A stretch of 64,000 bases of DNA from Deltaproteobacteria bacterium (GTDB taxonomy: Bacteria; UBA10199; JACPAL01; GCA-016699445). Below, piece by piece: positions 1-10,898 of the stretch. The position numbers were made by a program, and so were the translations under genes. The notes under the pieces were generated by a model, which ran no database searches, was not told the origin of the DNA, and worked only from the letters and a program-made list of their open reading frames with translations. Position 1 is the first letter of the stretch. The number at the start of each line of letters is the position of its first letter. Location of the stretch: positions 1,618,952 through 1,682,951 of the forward strand of contig CP064976.1 of NCBI GenBank assembly GCA_016699445.1. Direction: 5' to 3'.

Positions 1-2226
1 GAGGGGATTATTCTTCTGCGTCAGGGTGCTGATACCTTGGGCACGTGCGCAGAGGTACGAAAGACTGTGGCACGACTTAATCAATCAGGTTTGCCCGCAG
101 GTGTGCAGATCGTCCCTTTTTATGATCGCACCAATTTAATTAAAAAATGTAGTCATACAGTCTTTCATAATATTTTCTTTGGAATCTTCTTGGTCTGTCT
201 CATTCTTGTTTTGGGTTTAGGGACTCAATATTGGGCTCTCATTTTGGGTGTTGCTCTCATTATCCCTTTTGCACTTTTAATTTCATTTGTTGGAGTTAAG
301 TCGGCCGGCTACATCCCCAATTTGATTTCTTTGGGAGCCGTAGATTTCGGTATTATTGTTGAAACAGCTATCTTTGCTGCGGAAGCTGTCATTGCGATGT
401 TGATTACAAAAAAAACAAAAACAATCTTTACTCTTTCTGAGACACTTTCTGAAGTGTTGTCACCAGCCTTGTTATGCGCCTTTTTGCTCTTGATTGCTTT
501 TGTTCCCATCCTGAGATTGCAGAGAGTCGAAGGTCGTATTTTCAGACCTTTGGGAATTACGTTGGTTTCAGCTGTGATTGGAGGACAATTAGGAGCTTTG
601 ATTTTTATTCCCACTTTCTCTCAATTGAGCCCGATTTCTGAACACCCTCATAAAGTATTTTTGGATCGTTTTTTTGATTGGGTGATACAGAAATGTGAAA
701 AAATAGTTAAAAGCTTATCTGAGGTTAAACATCTTCTTTTATATTCAGGAATCTGTTTTGGAATTGCTGTGATAGTTTTAATGATGAGTGTTGGTAGAGA
801 GTTTTTACCACAGCTCAATGAAGGCGCTTTGTATATTCGAGCGACAGCTCCATCGACCATTTCTCGAGAAAGCGCTTCTGAGTTGGCTGAAAAAGTCAGA
901 AGTCGTTTGAAAACAATTCCTGAAGTAAAAGATGTTATTTCTCAAATTGGCCGACCTGATGATGGTACGGATGTGAATGGTTACAATAACGTCGAAAGTT
1001 TTGTGGTGCTTGACGATCCTGATCATTGGAAGTCTGCTCATGATATCGATGGTTTTGTGAAGCTGGGACAAAAAGCATTATCGGATTTGGAAGGGGTGCA
1101 GTTTAATTTTTCTCAACCGATTAAAGACAATGTTGATGAAGCGATTAGTGGTGTGAAAGGGGAATTGGTTGTTAAAATATTTGGGCCCAATCTGGAAGTG
1201 TTGCAAAAATTGGCGGATCAAATTCAAACATTGGTGAATAAAATACCAGGAGCTCAAGATGTGGCTGCTGAAGAGGTGTTTGGTCAGCCTGAGCTTCCAT
1301 TCAAGATGAATCACGACATGCTGGCTCGTTATGGTTTGCGTGTCAGTGATGCGGAAGAAGTTTTAGAATCTGCTTTGCGGGGTAAGGTTGCCACTCGTAT
1401 GATTGATGAGCAAGGTCGATCCATTGATGTACTCGTCAAACCTCAAATTCCCGACCCGCCAGACCGAGATACCTTGGCCGCTCTTCCTGTGATTACCCCA
1501 GATGGAGCCAAGATTCCTTTGGGAGATGTTTCGTCACCTCCGATCTCTCCAGTTGAAGGGGTGAGCCGTGTCTATCGTGAAAAGGGAGATCGTCGAATAG
1601 CGGTCAAATCATCTGTGCGTGGTCGTCCAGTGGTTGAGTTTGTCAATGAAGCCAATCAGAAGATTCTCAATGAAGTCAAACTGCCTCCTAACTATCGTTT
1701 GGAATGGTCAGGATCTTTTGAAAATGCCAAACGAGCTAGTCAACAATTGATGATCTTGGTGCCTATCTGCTTACTTGTGATGATCATTATTTTGTATTCG
1801 TGGTTTAAAAACTGGAAATATGTTGGGTATCTTTTGTGGGAAATTCCATTTTCTGCAATTGGTGGGATCTTAGGTTTGAAGCTGACAGGACTTAATTTGA
1901 GTATATCAGCAGCTGCAGGAGCTGTGGTACTGATTGGGGTTTCATTTTTGACGGGTATGATGTTTTTGGAAGATTGGATTCTCCATCATGATGTTTGGCA
2001 AACTCTCCGTGACAAGAGTCGAAGTATTTTAATTTCAAGTCTGGTAGCAATTGTTGGATTAGTTCCTGCAGCATTTTCTCATGGAATAGGTGCGGAAACT
2101 GCAAGGCCTTTTGCTGTGATGATATTATCAGGTTTGACTACATCCCTGATTTTTAGTCTCACACTTTTGCCAGCTTTTGTGGCAAGGTCTCATAGTAACG
2201 TTGCCATTTCTTTAAAAAATCATTAA
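1..2226 (+). CDS. Heavy-metal-efflux RND inner-membrane transporter (CusA/CzcA family), C-terminal ~740 aa; the 5' end lies upstream of the window
   Basis: The reading frame is open from base 1. The sequence EGIILLRQGADTLGTC..VQIVPFYDRTNLI..LISLGAVDFGIIVETAIF matches CusA/CzcA periplasmic and TM segments, and there are many TM helices. The ORF track begins at an internal TTG (37). Confidence 0.8.
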   Translation, partial: EGIILLRQGADTLGTCAEVRKTVARLNQSGLPAGVQIVPFYDRTNLIKKCSHTVFHNIFFGIFLVCLILVLGLGTQYWALILGVALIIPFALLISFVGVKSAGYIPNLISLGAVDFGIIVETAIFAAEAVIAMLITKKTKTIFTLSETLSEVLSPALLCAFLLLIAFVPILRLQRVEGRIFRPLGITLVSAVIGGQLGALIFIPTFSQLSPISEHPHKVFLDRFFDWVIQKCEKIVKSLSEVKHLLLYSGICFGIAVIVLMMSVGREFLPQLNEGALYIRATAPSTISRESASELAEKVRSRLKTIPEVKDVISQIGRPDDGTDVNGYNNVESFVVLDDPDHWKSAHDIDGFVKLGQKALSDLEGVQFNFSQPIKDNVDEAISGVKGELVVKIFGPNLEVLQKLADQIQTLVNKIPGAQDVAAEEVFGQPELPFKMNHDMLARYGLRVSDAEEVLESALRGKVATRMIDEQGRSIDVLVKPQIPDPPDRDTLAALPVITPDGAKIPLGDVSSPPISPVEGVSRVYREKGDRRIAVKSSVRGRPVVEFVNEANQKILNEVKLPPNYRLEWSGSFENAKRASQQLMILVPICLLVMIIILYSWFKNWKYVGYLLWEIPFSAIGGILGLKLTGLNLSISAAAGAVVLIGVSFLTGMMFLEDWILHHDVWQTLRDKSRSILISSLVAIVGLVPAAFSHGIGAETARPFAVMILSGLTTSLIFSLTLLPAFVARSHSNVAISLKNH

Positions 2227-2252
2227 CTTAACCAATTACATGCTCTTAAAAA

Positions 2253-3383
2253 ATGGCCAAAATTTCAAAATTTCTGGTGTGTTTTAATTTCAGCCTCCTT
2301 TATTTTTGTTATTGGTTGCAGTCGGGATAAAAAAATCAGGATAAGTCTGATAAAAAAGATAAGAGCAGCTTTTTTTCAAAAACCTCCAAAAAAGAAAAAA
2401 CAGTTTCTGTCATCACGCCCACAGTCCGTGAAATCCCTATTGTAATCAAGACATCAGGTAAGACTGATGTTTCGGAGCGATATGAGGCTAAAGCTCCGGC
2501 AGAGATGAAAGTGCTTAAAGTTTTTGTCGAAGAAGGTGGTAAGGTTCAAGCGGGAGATCCGTTGGTGCAATTTGACGATGAGACCATCAAGCTTAAACTA
2601 AATCTGGTACGTTCTGAGATTAAAGAAGCCGAAGCCGCTTTAGCGAATATTAATTATCTAATTCAAAACAAAGAACAGCTAATAAAGGAAGAAAAAGTAT
2701 CTGAGACGGAAGCTGAAGGTTTTGATTTGAGGCTTAACTGGTACCAAAGTACAGCAGACCGTGCAAAAGCCGAAGTCGACCTTTATGAGCATACGGGTGA
2801 TATGTCTCAGATCAACAGCCCTATTGGAGGTATTGTAACCTTCAAAAGTGTGGATGAAGGGGTATCGGTCACACAAGATCAAAAATTGATTGAAGTGGCT
2901 CGAATGGATCCCATTCATTTTGTTTTTTCTGTTTCTAGTGATGAAGCCACAGCACTATCAAAAGTCCAATCAATCTCAGTGAAATTTCCCTTAATTCCCA
3001 ATCAGGATTTTACAGCCGAAGTAGCCAGTGTAGGCGCAGAAGCTAAAGCGGAGTTAGGTGGTGTTCCAGTGAGACTTAAAATTAACAATCCTGACTTTAA
3101 TCTTAAAGGTGATATGGCAGGGGATGTTTTGATCCGTACCCAAGCTAACAAAAAAGCTTTTATGGTTCCTGAATTTGTTTTGAAAAAAACTGATAAATCT
3201 TATTTTGTTTTTAAAGTCGAAGATGGAAAAGCGAAAAAAGTATTTGTCGATTTGGCAGAGACTCCTAGTAATGGTACGGCATTGGTGGTGAAGGGTCTTG
3301 TTGAAAAAGATGTGTTAGTCTCAGATTCTGACGAAGATGTAAAAGATGGAGACAGTGTTCAGTTAAAATTGAGGAAAAGAAAA
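2253..3383 (+). CDS. RND periplasmic adaptor (membrane-fusion protein, HlyD/CusB-like). The reading frame is interrupted by an in-frame TAA at 2328-2330 and has no stop before the next gene
   Basis: From 2331 the translation reads KTVSVITPTVREIPIVIKTSGKTDVSERYEAKAPAEMKVLKVFVEEGGKVQAGDPL, a lipoyl-like and beta-barrel MFP core. The ATG at 2253 encodes the hydrophobic N-terminus MAKISKFLVCFNFSLLYF in the same frame, but a TAA follows at 2328. The C-terminus runs straight into the next ATG. Confidence 0.55.
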
Positions 3384-4070
3384 ATGAAGAAGTGTTGTTT
3401 AGCATTTTTCCTTTTATTGAGTTCTGTGGTTTTTGCCGAAAATCCTATTGAGTATTTCAGTACCACTTCTCCGAAGATTCATTATTTTAAAATTCAACCG
3501 TCTCAAGCACATTTGGATATCTTATTGAGTGCTGGAGGGTTGACGGCCTCCGAGTTTCGCAAACGTAATAAATCCAATCTTGTGATCAATGGTGGTTTTT
3601 TTGATCTCGAAGGAAAATCTCTCGGTCTGATTATCAGGCATGGGCAAGAAGTGAATACTTTGCGAAAAAATTCATGGCCGATTTTTTTATTGGGTGGAAA
3701 AAAATCACAGGAAGCATTCATTGTGTCTCGTGAAGAATGGGAAAGAAATCAGAAACAGTATGGAGACGTGCAATTAGCCTTACAGGTGGGCCCCCGTTTA
3801 GTGGTCGATAGACGGGTACAAACTTTTAAAGAAAGTACTGTAGATCGTCGCTCTGCCATTGGAGTTACTCCAGATGGAGCTGTCATGATTGCCATGTCTG
3901 AACAACCTCTGTGGCTTAAAGAATGGGCTACGGTACTGGCCAAATATTGCACTCAAGCCCTCAACCTTGATGGTGGAGGCTCTTCGCAAATTTCATTTCA
4001 TGATAAAGGTGTGAGTTTTGATATCGACGGCGATACGCCAGTCCCCAATGCTGTTTCAGTGGCTTACTGA
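3384..4070 (+). CDS. Secreted phosphodiester-glycosidase-family protein (DUF2233/NAGPA-like)
   Basis: It has its own signal peptide [18 protein letters not shown]. The motifs [22 protein letters not shown] and [11 protein letters not shown] are typical of this family. Confidence 0.55.
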   Translation: MKKCCLAFFLLLSSVVFAENPIEYFSTTSPKIHYFKIQPSQAHLDILLSAGGLTASEFRKRNKSNLVINGGFFDLEGKSLGLIIRHGQEVNTLRKNSWPIFLLGGKKSQEAFIVSREEWERNQKQYGDVQLALQVGPRLVVDRRVQTFKESTVDRRSAIGVTPDGAVMIAMSEQPLWLKEWATVLAKYCTQALNLDGGGSSQISFHDKGVSFDIDGDTPVPNAVSVAY

Positions 4071-5311
4071 TTCATTGAGTCCATAAATTCTTTATTATTC
4101 TTCGTTCCCTGCATTTTATCTGTGAGGAATTCCATTGAATCCACGACATTGAGAGGGGCGAGAATTTTTCGAAGAATCCAGACACGATTGAGAACATCAG
4201 CAGGCAAAAGTAATTCTTCTTTTCGAGTTCCAGATTTGTTCACATCCATACATGGGAAGATACGTTTTTCCATGAGCTTGCGATCCAAATGAATTTCAGC
4301 ATTACCCGTTCCTTTGAATTCTTCAAAGATAACTTCATCCATACGGCTTCCCGTATCGATCAATGCTGTAGCGATGATGGTTAAACTACCACCTTCTTCA
4401 ATGTTTCGAGCCGCTCCAAAGAAACGTTTAGGTTTATGAAGAGCATTGGAGTCCACACCACCAGAAAGTATTTTTCCAGAAGGAGGCACAACGGAGTTAT
4501 AAGCACGAGCCAGACGTGTGATAGAATCCAAAAGAATGACAACGTCCTTTTTGTGTTCAACCAAGCGTTTAGCTTTTTCGATGACCATTTCAGCCACTTG
4601 CACGTGACGTGTTGCGGGTTCGTCAAATGTGGATGAAACCACTTCACCTTTAACAGAACGCTGCATGTCGGTCACTTCTTCAGGTCGTTCGTCAATCAAG
4701 AGAACAATTAAAACAATGTCAGGATGATTGGACGTGATCGCATTCGCAATATTTTGCAGCATCATCGTCTTACCCGTACGAGGAGGCGCCACAATCAAGG
4801 CGCGTTGTCCTTTTCCAATCGGTGTCAGGAGATTAATGATACGCGATGTGGCATTTTTAGGATCGTATTCAAGATTGATCTGTTCATTAGGATAAAGAGG
4901 TGTGAGGTTATCAAATAAGATCTTATCACGCGCGACTTCAGGATCTTCAAAATTGATGGATTCAACTTTGAGCAAAGCAAAATAACGTTCAGAATCTTTT
5001 GGAGAACGGATCTGTCCGGAAACCGTATCACCGGTACGCAGATTAAACTTACGAATTTGCGAGGGAGATACATAAATATCATCAGGACCAGGAAGATAGT
5101 TGTAATCAGGAGCACGAAGAAATCCAAAGCCATCAGGCAAAATTTCCAGAATACCTTCACCAAAGATCATGCCGTTTTTGTCTGTCTGTGCATTTAAAAC
5201 CGCAAAGATCAGATCTTGTCGACGCATACCAGCGGCATTTTCGACGCCGAAGTCTTTTGCTTTTTCGATCAAGTCTGCAATCTTCATCTCTTTAAGATCA
5301 CGAAGATTCAT
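4064..5311 (-). CDS. rho: Transcription termination factor Rho. The ORF is open to 5464, giving a possible 51-aa N/Q/R/P-rich N-terminal extension
   Basis: The canonical N-terminus [22 protein letters not shown] is present, followed by the RNA-binding FGFLR segment, Walker [12 protein letters not shown] and the Q/R loops. The conserved core is about 415 aa. Confidence 0.9.
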   Translation of the reverse strand: MNLRDLKEMKIADLIEKAKDFGVENAAGMRRQDLIFAVLNAQTDKNGMIFGEGILEILPDGFGFLRAPDYNYLPGPDDIYVSPSQIRKFNLRTGDTVSGQIRSPKDSERYFALLKVESINFEDPEVARDKILFDNLTPLYPNEQINLEYDPKNATSRIINLLTPIGKGQRALIVAPPRTGKTMMLQNIANAITSNHPDIVLIVLLIDERPEEVTDMQRSVKGEVVSSTFDEPATRHVQVAEMVIEKAKRLVEHKKDVVILLDSITRLARAYNSVVPPSGKILSGGVDSNALHKPKRFFGAARNIEEGGSLTIIATALIDTGSRMDEVIFEEFKGTGNAEIHLDRKLMEKRIFPCMDVNKSGTRKEELLLPADVLNRVWILRKILAPLNVVDSMEFLTDKMQGTKNNKEFMDSMNQ

Positions 5312-5651
5312 GACATTGGCAGCCTCTTCACCGGTAGGTCGTGTGACGAGATCGGTATTCGGATCGATCGTATAAGCTTCAGACCGAGGGTGGTCTTTGC
5401 GAGGACGTGGTGGAGGCATATTGTTTCTTTTTTGTTTGTGTTGGTTGTTTGGATTTGAGTTCAAGATGATTAGGGGTTAACTGCGGTTTGAAACTGATTT
5501 ATGGTTTATATTTTATCTATTTTTTATTTTTTTTGGTTTTATTCTTTTTTTGGTTTTATTCTAAATTCTTTTGGATTTTAAAAGATTCCTTCCGGAAAAA
5601 ATCAAAAAACTGAATGACTGCTCAGTAATTTCACAGAATCAGCCAACCCTG

Positions 5652-6059
5652 TCAATGAGAAATTTCGTTTTTTATATGTTTGACCCTGATTTGGTCTACA
5701 TGAAGGAAGTCTCCATCAGTAGTCGCTAAGGTGCCCCCTATAAAGGAGGTGCAGGCGGCAATCCATATATCGTTTGTAGGAATAGGCCTTCCTTTTCGTT
5801 TCAGTGATGAGGCGATATCTCCAAATAATAGAGCGATATCAAAGTCGATGGGAACGATTTCGACATGGAAAGTTTTGATAAACAGCTTCAACCTTTTGAT
5901 ATTTTCCTCATAGCGTTTCCCGTGTCTGTACCCATGGCAGAGCTCGCCGACCACAATGGAGGGGAGGTAATACTTTTGAGCTTCTGTCATGATATCGATA
6001 GCGATTTCGTTGCCGACATCGAAAAGTGAATAGAAGTTTGTATCTATGACGAGCTTCAT
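5652..6059 (-). CDS. vapC: PIN-domain toxin (VapC-like)
   Basis: The acidic PIN residues (IDTNF, ..TND.., TTDGDF) are present in a 135-aa protein. Its gene lies 5 bp downstream of a small RHH gene. Confidence 0.7.
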   Translation of the reverse strand: MKLVIDTNFYSLFDVGNEIAIDIMTEAQKYYLPSIVVGELCHGYRHGKRYEENIKRLKLFIKTFHVEIVPIDFDIALLFGDIASSLKRKGRPIPTNDIWIAACTSFIGGTLATTDGDFLHVDQIRVKHIKNEISH

Positions 6060-6064
6060 CGTTG

Positions 6065-6317
6065 TTATTTCCAGAGAGAGGGGTCAATGGTTTCAAAATC
6101 TTCGACAGCCTTTTGGAGAGATTCAAAATCTTCTTGAGAAAGTTTCCCAGAAAAAGCCCGTAGGCGCTTCTTTTTCTGGGCTTTGGAATGAAGTCCAAAC
6201 TTTTCAGCTAACGCTTCGATGACAATCTGTGACTTGCTCTTGCCACATTGTTTGGCCTCAGCCTTCAGGGCTCGTTCAATGTCTTGAGGAAGTGATCGGA
6301 TACTTAAATAACTCATA
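6065..6317 (-). CDS. vapB: Ribbon-helix-helix antitoxin (VapB-like)
   Basis: The sequence MSYLSIRSLPQDIERALKAEAKQCGKSKSQIVIEAL is an RHH beta-strand plus helices. The start is chosen at the internal Met; the ORF track extends to 6352. Confidence 0.55.
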
Positions 6318-6441
6318 CGTACTACGATATGATATATTTGTAGTGCAGACAATATTAAAAATAATGTATATTTTTTCTTACTTCTCTTATTTTTAGCAAC
6401 TCATATATGAACATGGCGACTAGGGCCTAGAGGATAATATT

Positions 6442-7239
6442 ATGAATACAGATATGTATAGTAACTGGTTTCAGGTCACTGGTCTGAGTGTTGCGACGTC
6501 CGATATTACTCAACAGGCTTTTAAACTGCCAGTGTATGCACCCTATATACAAGATAACTATCATGATATTCCGAGCTATACGGCTACAGAAAGAGCTCTG
6601 GCTTTGGCCGTACGTTTACAAGAATTGTTGGGAACTCCGAAACTTACCGCTTCTAATAATGGGTTTTTGTGTCAATACCGTTTAATGGGATCTTTGAGTT
6701 CTTTAGAGATAGCTTTTGAGGGGAGTGGAAACAAATGGCAGATTAATAGTGGCCATACTATTTTCGTAGGAATGACTCTAGCCGTGAGTCCAGATTTATC
6801 GACTCACACTAAAGCCTCCTTAGATGCGATGATGATTTCAGCCAAAGTGCTCTATCAATTGTTATGTGATCATCATTTGATCGTGAGTGATAGGGATCAG
6901 TTCAAACTCAAAGATCCTCAGCTTAAGGAAACTATCCAGTCTGAAGCCTGGACACGATTTCTCACAGGTTTAGGTTATGTTGCCCCAACAATAAAGAGTG
7001 TTGATAGTTATCCCAGGGATGGGAAGTGGGCTGATTTTTATGACTCCATGTTCACTCTTGCGAATGAGCTATATTCCAATCGTTGGAAAGATATAAAGCC
7101 ATTTATGGACGCGGCAGCTCAAAACCCTCAGCAATTACACGCTCTCTTTTCAATCATGAATTCTGAATATGGTGGAAATCGTGACGTCCAAGTACTTAAA
7201 AATAAGTTGATAAGAGCTGGCTTGATAAGTTTCGAATAA
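6442..7239 (+). CDS. Hypothetical protein, 265 aa
   Basis: This is a long ORF with coding-like composition. No motif was recognised. Confidence 0.4.
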   Translation: MNTDMYSNWFQVTGLSVATSDITQQAFKLPVYAPYIQDNYHDIPSYTATERALALAVRLQELLGTPKLTASNNGFLCQYRLMGSLSSLEIAFEGSGNKWQINSGHTIFVGMTLAVSPDLSTHTKASLDAMMISAKVLYQLLCDHHLIVSDRDQFKLKDPQLKETIQSEAWTRFLTGLGYVAPTIKSVDSYPRDGKWADFYDSMFTLANELYSNRWKDIKPFMDAAAQNPQQLHALFSIMNSEYGGNRDVQVLKNKLIRAGLISFE

Positions 7240-7307
7240 TATTCTTGAGCTGAACCAGATGGTAGTCCATTTCTTGACAAGGACAGTGCGCGTCATTACG
7301 AGGCCGC

Positions 7308-8699
7308 ATGGCTCAAAAAAATAAATCTCAAAAATGGTCTGGACGTTTTGCTCAAGGGTTGGATCCCTTAGCCCTCGATTTTACTCAATCTATTTCCTTT
7401 GATCAGAAGCTTTATTATTATGATGTGAAGGGGAGTTTGGCCCATGCCAAGATGTTGCAGAAGGTCGGGATTCTCACCAAAAAAGACTATGATGATATTC
7501 GTCGTGGGCTGACCTCGATTGTGGATGATCTTCAGCAGGGGAAATTCGAATTTAAAGAAGAATTAGAAGACGTACATCGCAATATTGAAACAGAATTGAT
7601 CAAACGCATTGGGGCTGCTGGTGGCAAACTGCATACAGCCCGTAGTCGCAATGATCAAGTGGCTTTGGATTTTAGGCTCTACTGTCGTGATCGAGTGATG
7701 GAGCTGCATGATTCGATCCTAGAGCTCGAAGAAGCTTTTGTTGTGAAAGCGGAAGAGTTTCCTGAAGTCGTCATGCCTGGATATACTCATCTTCAAAGGG
7801 CTCAACCGGTACTCTTTGCACATCATCTTTTAGCTTACGTAGAAATGTTGGAAAGAGATCGTGAGCGTTTGCAGGATCTTTATAAGCGCGTCGATACCTT
7901 GCCTTTAGGTTCTGGGGCGATCGCGGGAACGACATTTCCAATCGATCGAGAATTTGTTGCTAAAGAATTAGGGTTTGGTCGTGTCTCACATAATAGTATG
8001 GATGCTGTTTCGGATCGGGATTTTGCGATTGAGATTGCGTCGGCGGGATCGATTCTCATGATGCATTTGTCTCGTTTGAGTGAAGAAATGATTTTGTGGT
8101 CGTCGTCTGAGTTTGATTTTATCAAATTGCCCGAATCCTTTTGCACAGGTTCTTCGATGATGCCCCAGAAAATGAATCCCGATGTTCCTGAGTTAATTCG
8201 TGGAAAAACAGGTCGTGTGTATGGGTCTTTGGTGTCTCTTTTAACGACAATGAAGAGTTTGCCTCTGGCCTACAATAAAGACATGCAGGAAGATAAAGAA
8301 CCGATTTTTGATGTGTTTGAGACGGCTATTAATTGTGTTGATGTATTGGTGCCGGTAGTTTTGGGGATGAGACCCAAAGAAGACAAGATGAATATTGCGG
8401 TCTCAGATGGTGGTTTGTTGGCAACCGAAATTGCGGATTGGTTGGTGACGCAAGGAGTGGATTTTAGATCGTCGCATGAAGTGACAGCGCAAGTCGTGCG
8501 GTATTCTTTAGAAACTAAAAAAGATATTACCGAAATGTCGCTGCAAGAATTTCAAAAGTTTTCAGGAAAATTTAACGAGAAAATTTTTGATGTATTGACG
8601 GTGAAAGCAGCAGTAGATCGAAGACGTTCTTTGGGTGGAACGTCGGGTGTGAATGTTAAAAAAGAAATTAAACGAATAAAGAAAGTTATCGAATCATGA
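7308..8699 (+). CDS. argH: Argininosuccinate lyase
   Basis: Fumarate-lyase signature regions are present ([12 protein letters not shown]) in a 463-aa protein. The gene overlaps lysA by 4 bp (ATGA). Confidence 0.9.
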   Translation: MAQKNKSQKWSGRFAQGLDPLALDFTQSISFDQKLYYYDVKGSLAHAKMLQKVGILTKKDYDDIRRGLTSIVDDLQQGKFEFKEELEDVHRNIETELIKRIGAAGGKLHTARSRNDQVALDFRLYCRDRVMELHDSILELEEAFVVKAEEFPEVVMPGYTHLQRAQPVLFAHHLLAYVEMLERDRERLQDLYKRVDTLPLGSGAIAGTTFPIDREFVAKELGFGRVSHNSMDAVSDRDFAIEIASAGSILMMHLSRLSEEMILWSSSEFDFIKLPESFCTGSSMMPQKMNPDVPELIRGKTGRVYGSLVSLLTTMKSLPLAYNKDMQEDKEPIFDVFETAINCVDVLVPVVLGMRPKEDKMNIAVSDGGLLATEIADWLVTQGVDFRSSHEVTAQVVRYSLETKKDITEMSLQEFQKFSGKFNEKIFDVLTVKAAVDRRRSLGGTSGVNVKKEIKRIKKVIES

Positions 8700-9924
8700 A
8701 CCACTTTAATTACAAAAAAAACGAACTGTATTGCGAGGATGTTTCTTTAGCACGCATTGCTCAAGAAGTAGGGACTCCAGCTTATGTCTATAGCTATGCA
8801 ACACTGACACGTCACTTTGATGTGTTTGATAAAGCTTTTGGAAAGCTGCCACATCTGGTGTGCTTTGCGATGAAGGCTAATTCCAATATTGCTATTCTTA
8901 GAGCTCTTATCAATCGGGGAGCGGGGATTGATATTGTTTCTGAGGGGAACTTTTCCGTGCACGAACAGCAGGAGCTCCAGCAAATAAAATTGTTTATTCA
9001 GGTGTTGGAAAAACACGCGAAGAAATGGCCTATGCTCTTAAAGAAGGTATTTTACAGTTTAATATCGAATCTGAAGAAGAGGTCTTTGTTTTAAATGAGG
9101 TGGCGACAAGTTTGGGTCTCAAAGCTCCTGTGTCGTTTCGGGTGAATCCGAATATTAATCCCAAAACACATCCATATATTTCGACGGGATTGAAGAAGAG
9201 TAAGTTTGGTGTGCCTTTTGAACGGGCGATTGAGATTTATGAAAAAGCACGCAAGCTTCCTGGAATTTCTGTCCAAGGCGTGAGCTGTCATATTGGATCG
9301 CAGATTACAATTCTGACGCCGTTTCGGGATGCTTTAGCTAAAGTCAGTGTCTTGGTGGCTGAGCTGCGCAAGCGGGGTTTTGATATTCGTCGTGTAGATT
9401 TGGGTGGAGGTTTGGGGATTCCTTATAAAAATGACAAAGTACCCAGCCCCAAACAGTACGCAGATATTTTGAAAAAAGGGATTAAAGAATTAGGCTGTAC
9501 GGTCATGTTTGAACCGGGTCGTGTGATTGTTGGAAATGCGGGGATCTTGCTGACGAAAGTGATGTATAAAAAAACGAGTGGGAAAAAGACGTTTGTGATT
9601 ATTGATGGAGCCATGAATGATTTGATTCGGCCCGCTTTGTATGGATCTCATCATGAAATTTTGCCAGTACAAAGAAGAAAGGCCACAATGAAAGCTGATA
9701 TTGTGGGCCCTGTATGTGAGTCGGGAGATTTTTTTGCGGAAAATAGATCGTTCCCTGCTTTAAATTCAGATGATCTTTTAGCTGTGATGAGTGCTGGTGC
9801 TTATGGGTCTGTGATGTCGTCTAATTATAATTCACGGCCTTTAGTGGCAGAAGTGATGGTAAATGGAAATGAATTTCACGTTGTTCGGCAAAGACAGGAA
9901 TATAAAGATTTATTACGTGGTTAA
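8696..9924 (+). CDS. lysA: Diaminopimelate decarboxylase, split by an apparent single-base frameshift in a G4 run at ~8944-8947
   Basis: The N-terminal part reads ..AGIDIVSEG in one frame. The rest ([41 protein letters not shown]..) reads in the -1 frame, and one extra G restores continuity. Confidence 0.85.
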
Positions 9925-9944
9925 CATGTTCCGAAATTTTTAAT

Positions 9945-10787
9945 ATGAAACTAAAATTCACAAAAATGCATGGCCTGGGAAATGATTTTATCGTTGTTAA
10001 TGGGGTTAATGGGGTAGCCGGCCGCAAAGGCACATTACCCAATTTTAAAAAAACCGGGAAAATTTTAGGCGATCGACGCTTTGGCGTGGGTTGTGATCAG
10101 ATTCTTGTTCTGAAAAATTCCAAAAAGGCCGACTTCAAGATGGAAATCTACAACTCCGATGGCAGTCAGGTGGAGATGTGCGGCAATGGGATTCGTTGTC
10201 TGGGACACTATGTGCGCACGCATAAGCTCTCGCGGAAATCAGAGCTGAGTGTTGAGACATTGGCCGGCATTCAGATTATCAAATTTTTGCCTAAGGGCTT
10301 GATTCAGGTGGATATGGGTGCGCCGGTTTTGGAAGGCTTAAAAATCCCCACGACTATTCATGGAAATATTGTGAATCACGATGTGAGTTTTGATGGTCAT
10401 CCTTTTCAGATCACGTGCGTGTCGATGGGAAATCCGCATTGTGTGATTTATGTGAAAAATGTGGATGAGTATCCCGTGCATGAGATTGGGCGCATGATTG
10501 AAACGTCCTCTATTTTTCCCAAGCGGACGAATGTGGAATTTGTGGAATTGATTTCCTCCAAAGAAGTTAAAATGCGCGTGTGGGAACGTGGAGCGGGCGA
10601 GACGTTGGCGTGTGGAAGCGGTGCTTGTGCTGTGGGTGTCGCAGGGGTTTTGAATGAAGTTCATGATCGAAAAGTGAAAGTGAATTTGCCTGGTGGGCCT
10701 TTGGTGATTGAGTGGAATCAGAAAACCAATCATGTGTTGATGACGGGACCTGCCGAGGAAGTGTTTGAAGGAGTGATACAGGTTTAG
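9945..10787 (+). CDS. dapF: Diaminopimelate epimerase
   Basis: The motifs MHGLGNDFIVV and two catalytic Cys (CGNG.., GSGACA) are present in a 280-aa protein. Confidence 0.9.
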   Translation: MKLKFTKMHGLGNDFIVVNGVNGVAGRKGTLPNFKKTGKILGDRRFGVGCDQILVLKNSKKADFKMEIYNSDGSQVEMCGNGIRCLGHYVRTHKLSRKSELSVETLAGIQIIKFLPKGLIQVDMGAPVLEGLKIPTTIHGNIVNHDVSFDGHPFQITCVSMGNPHCVIYVKNVDEYPVHEIGRMIETSSIFPKRTNVEFVELISSKEVKMRVWERGAGETLACGSGACAVGVAGVLNEVHDRKVKVNLPGGPLVIEWNQKTNHVLMTGPAEEVFEGVIQV

Positions 10788-10788
10788 T

Positions 10789-10871
10789 TGTCATGGCGAG
10801 CGAAGCGTGGCCATCTCCCGGCAATACGGGATATTCAAGAGATCGCCACGCCCTTCGGGCTCGCAATGACA
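10789..10871. repeat. Imperfect palindromic intergenic element, copy 1 of 3 (83 bp)
   Basis: The 5' arm tgtcatggcgagcgaagcgtggccatctcccg is followed by a variable loop and a 3' arm gagatcgccacgcccttcgggctcgc(a/g)atgaca that is its inverted complement. The ORF-track TTG start at 10788 reads through it. Confidence 0.8.
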
Positions 10872-10898
10872 GTCGAACGTAGGCATTTAGGAGAATTT

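Noticed and set aside
4064-5464. Mobile elements or prophage (transposase, integrase, phage structural genes) anywhere in the window
   Set aside because: No ORF shows DDE, tyrosine or serine recombinase motifs or phage hallmarks. The toxin-antitoxin pairs and repeats are the only mobile-type content seen.
5521-5580. Short direct repeats in the rho leader, considered as a possible CRISPR or tandem array
   Set aside because: There are only two copies of a 17-bp AT-rich unit, with no spacer-repeat periodicity and no cas genes, so this is not CRISPR. It was kept only as a leader feature.
8696-9924. lysA, sucA and sucB as pseudogenes
   Set aside because: Each is restored by adding one base to a homopolymer run. 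Essential functions and a consistent error type favour sequencing error.
10788-10898. The N-terminal extension of dapA (ORF start 10788) and the N-terminal extension of tolB (to 35126), both encoding CHREPEGRGDL-like or SWRAKRGHLP-like peptides
   Set aside because: These segments are translations of the palindromic repeat element. The same DNA occurs in non-coding contexts, and proper starts with RBS or signal peptide lie downstream.
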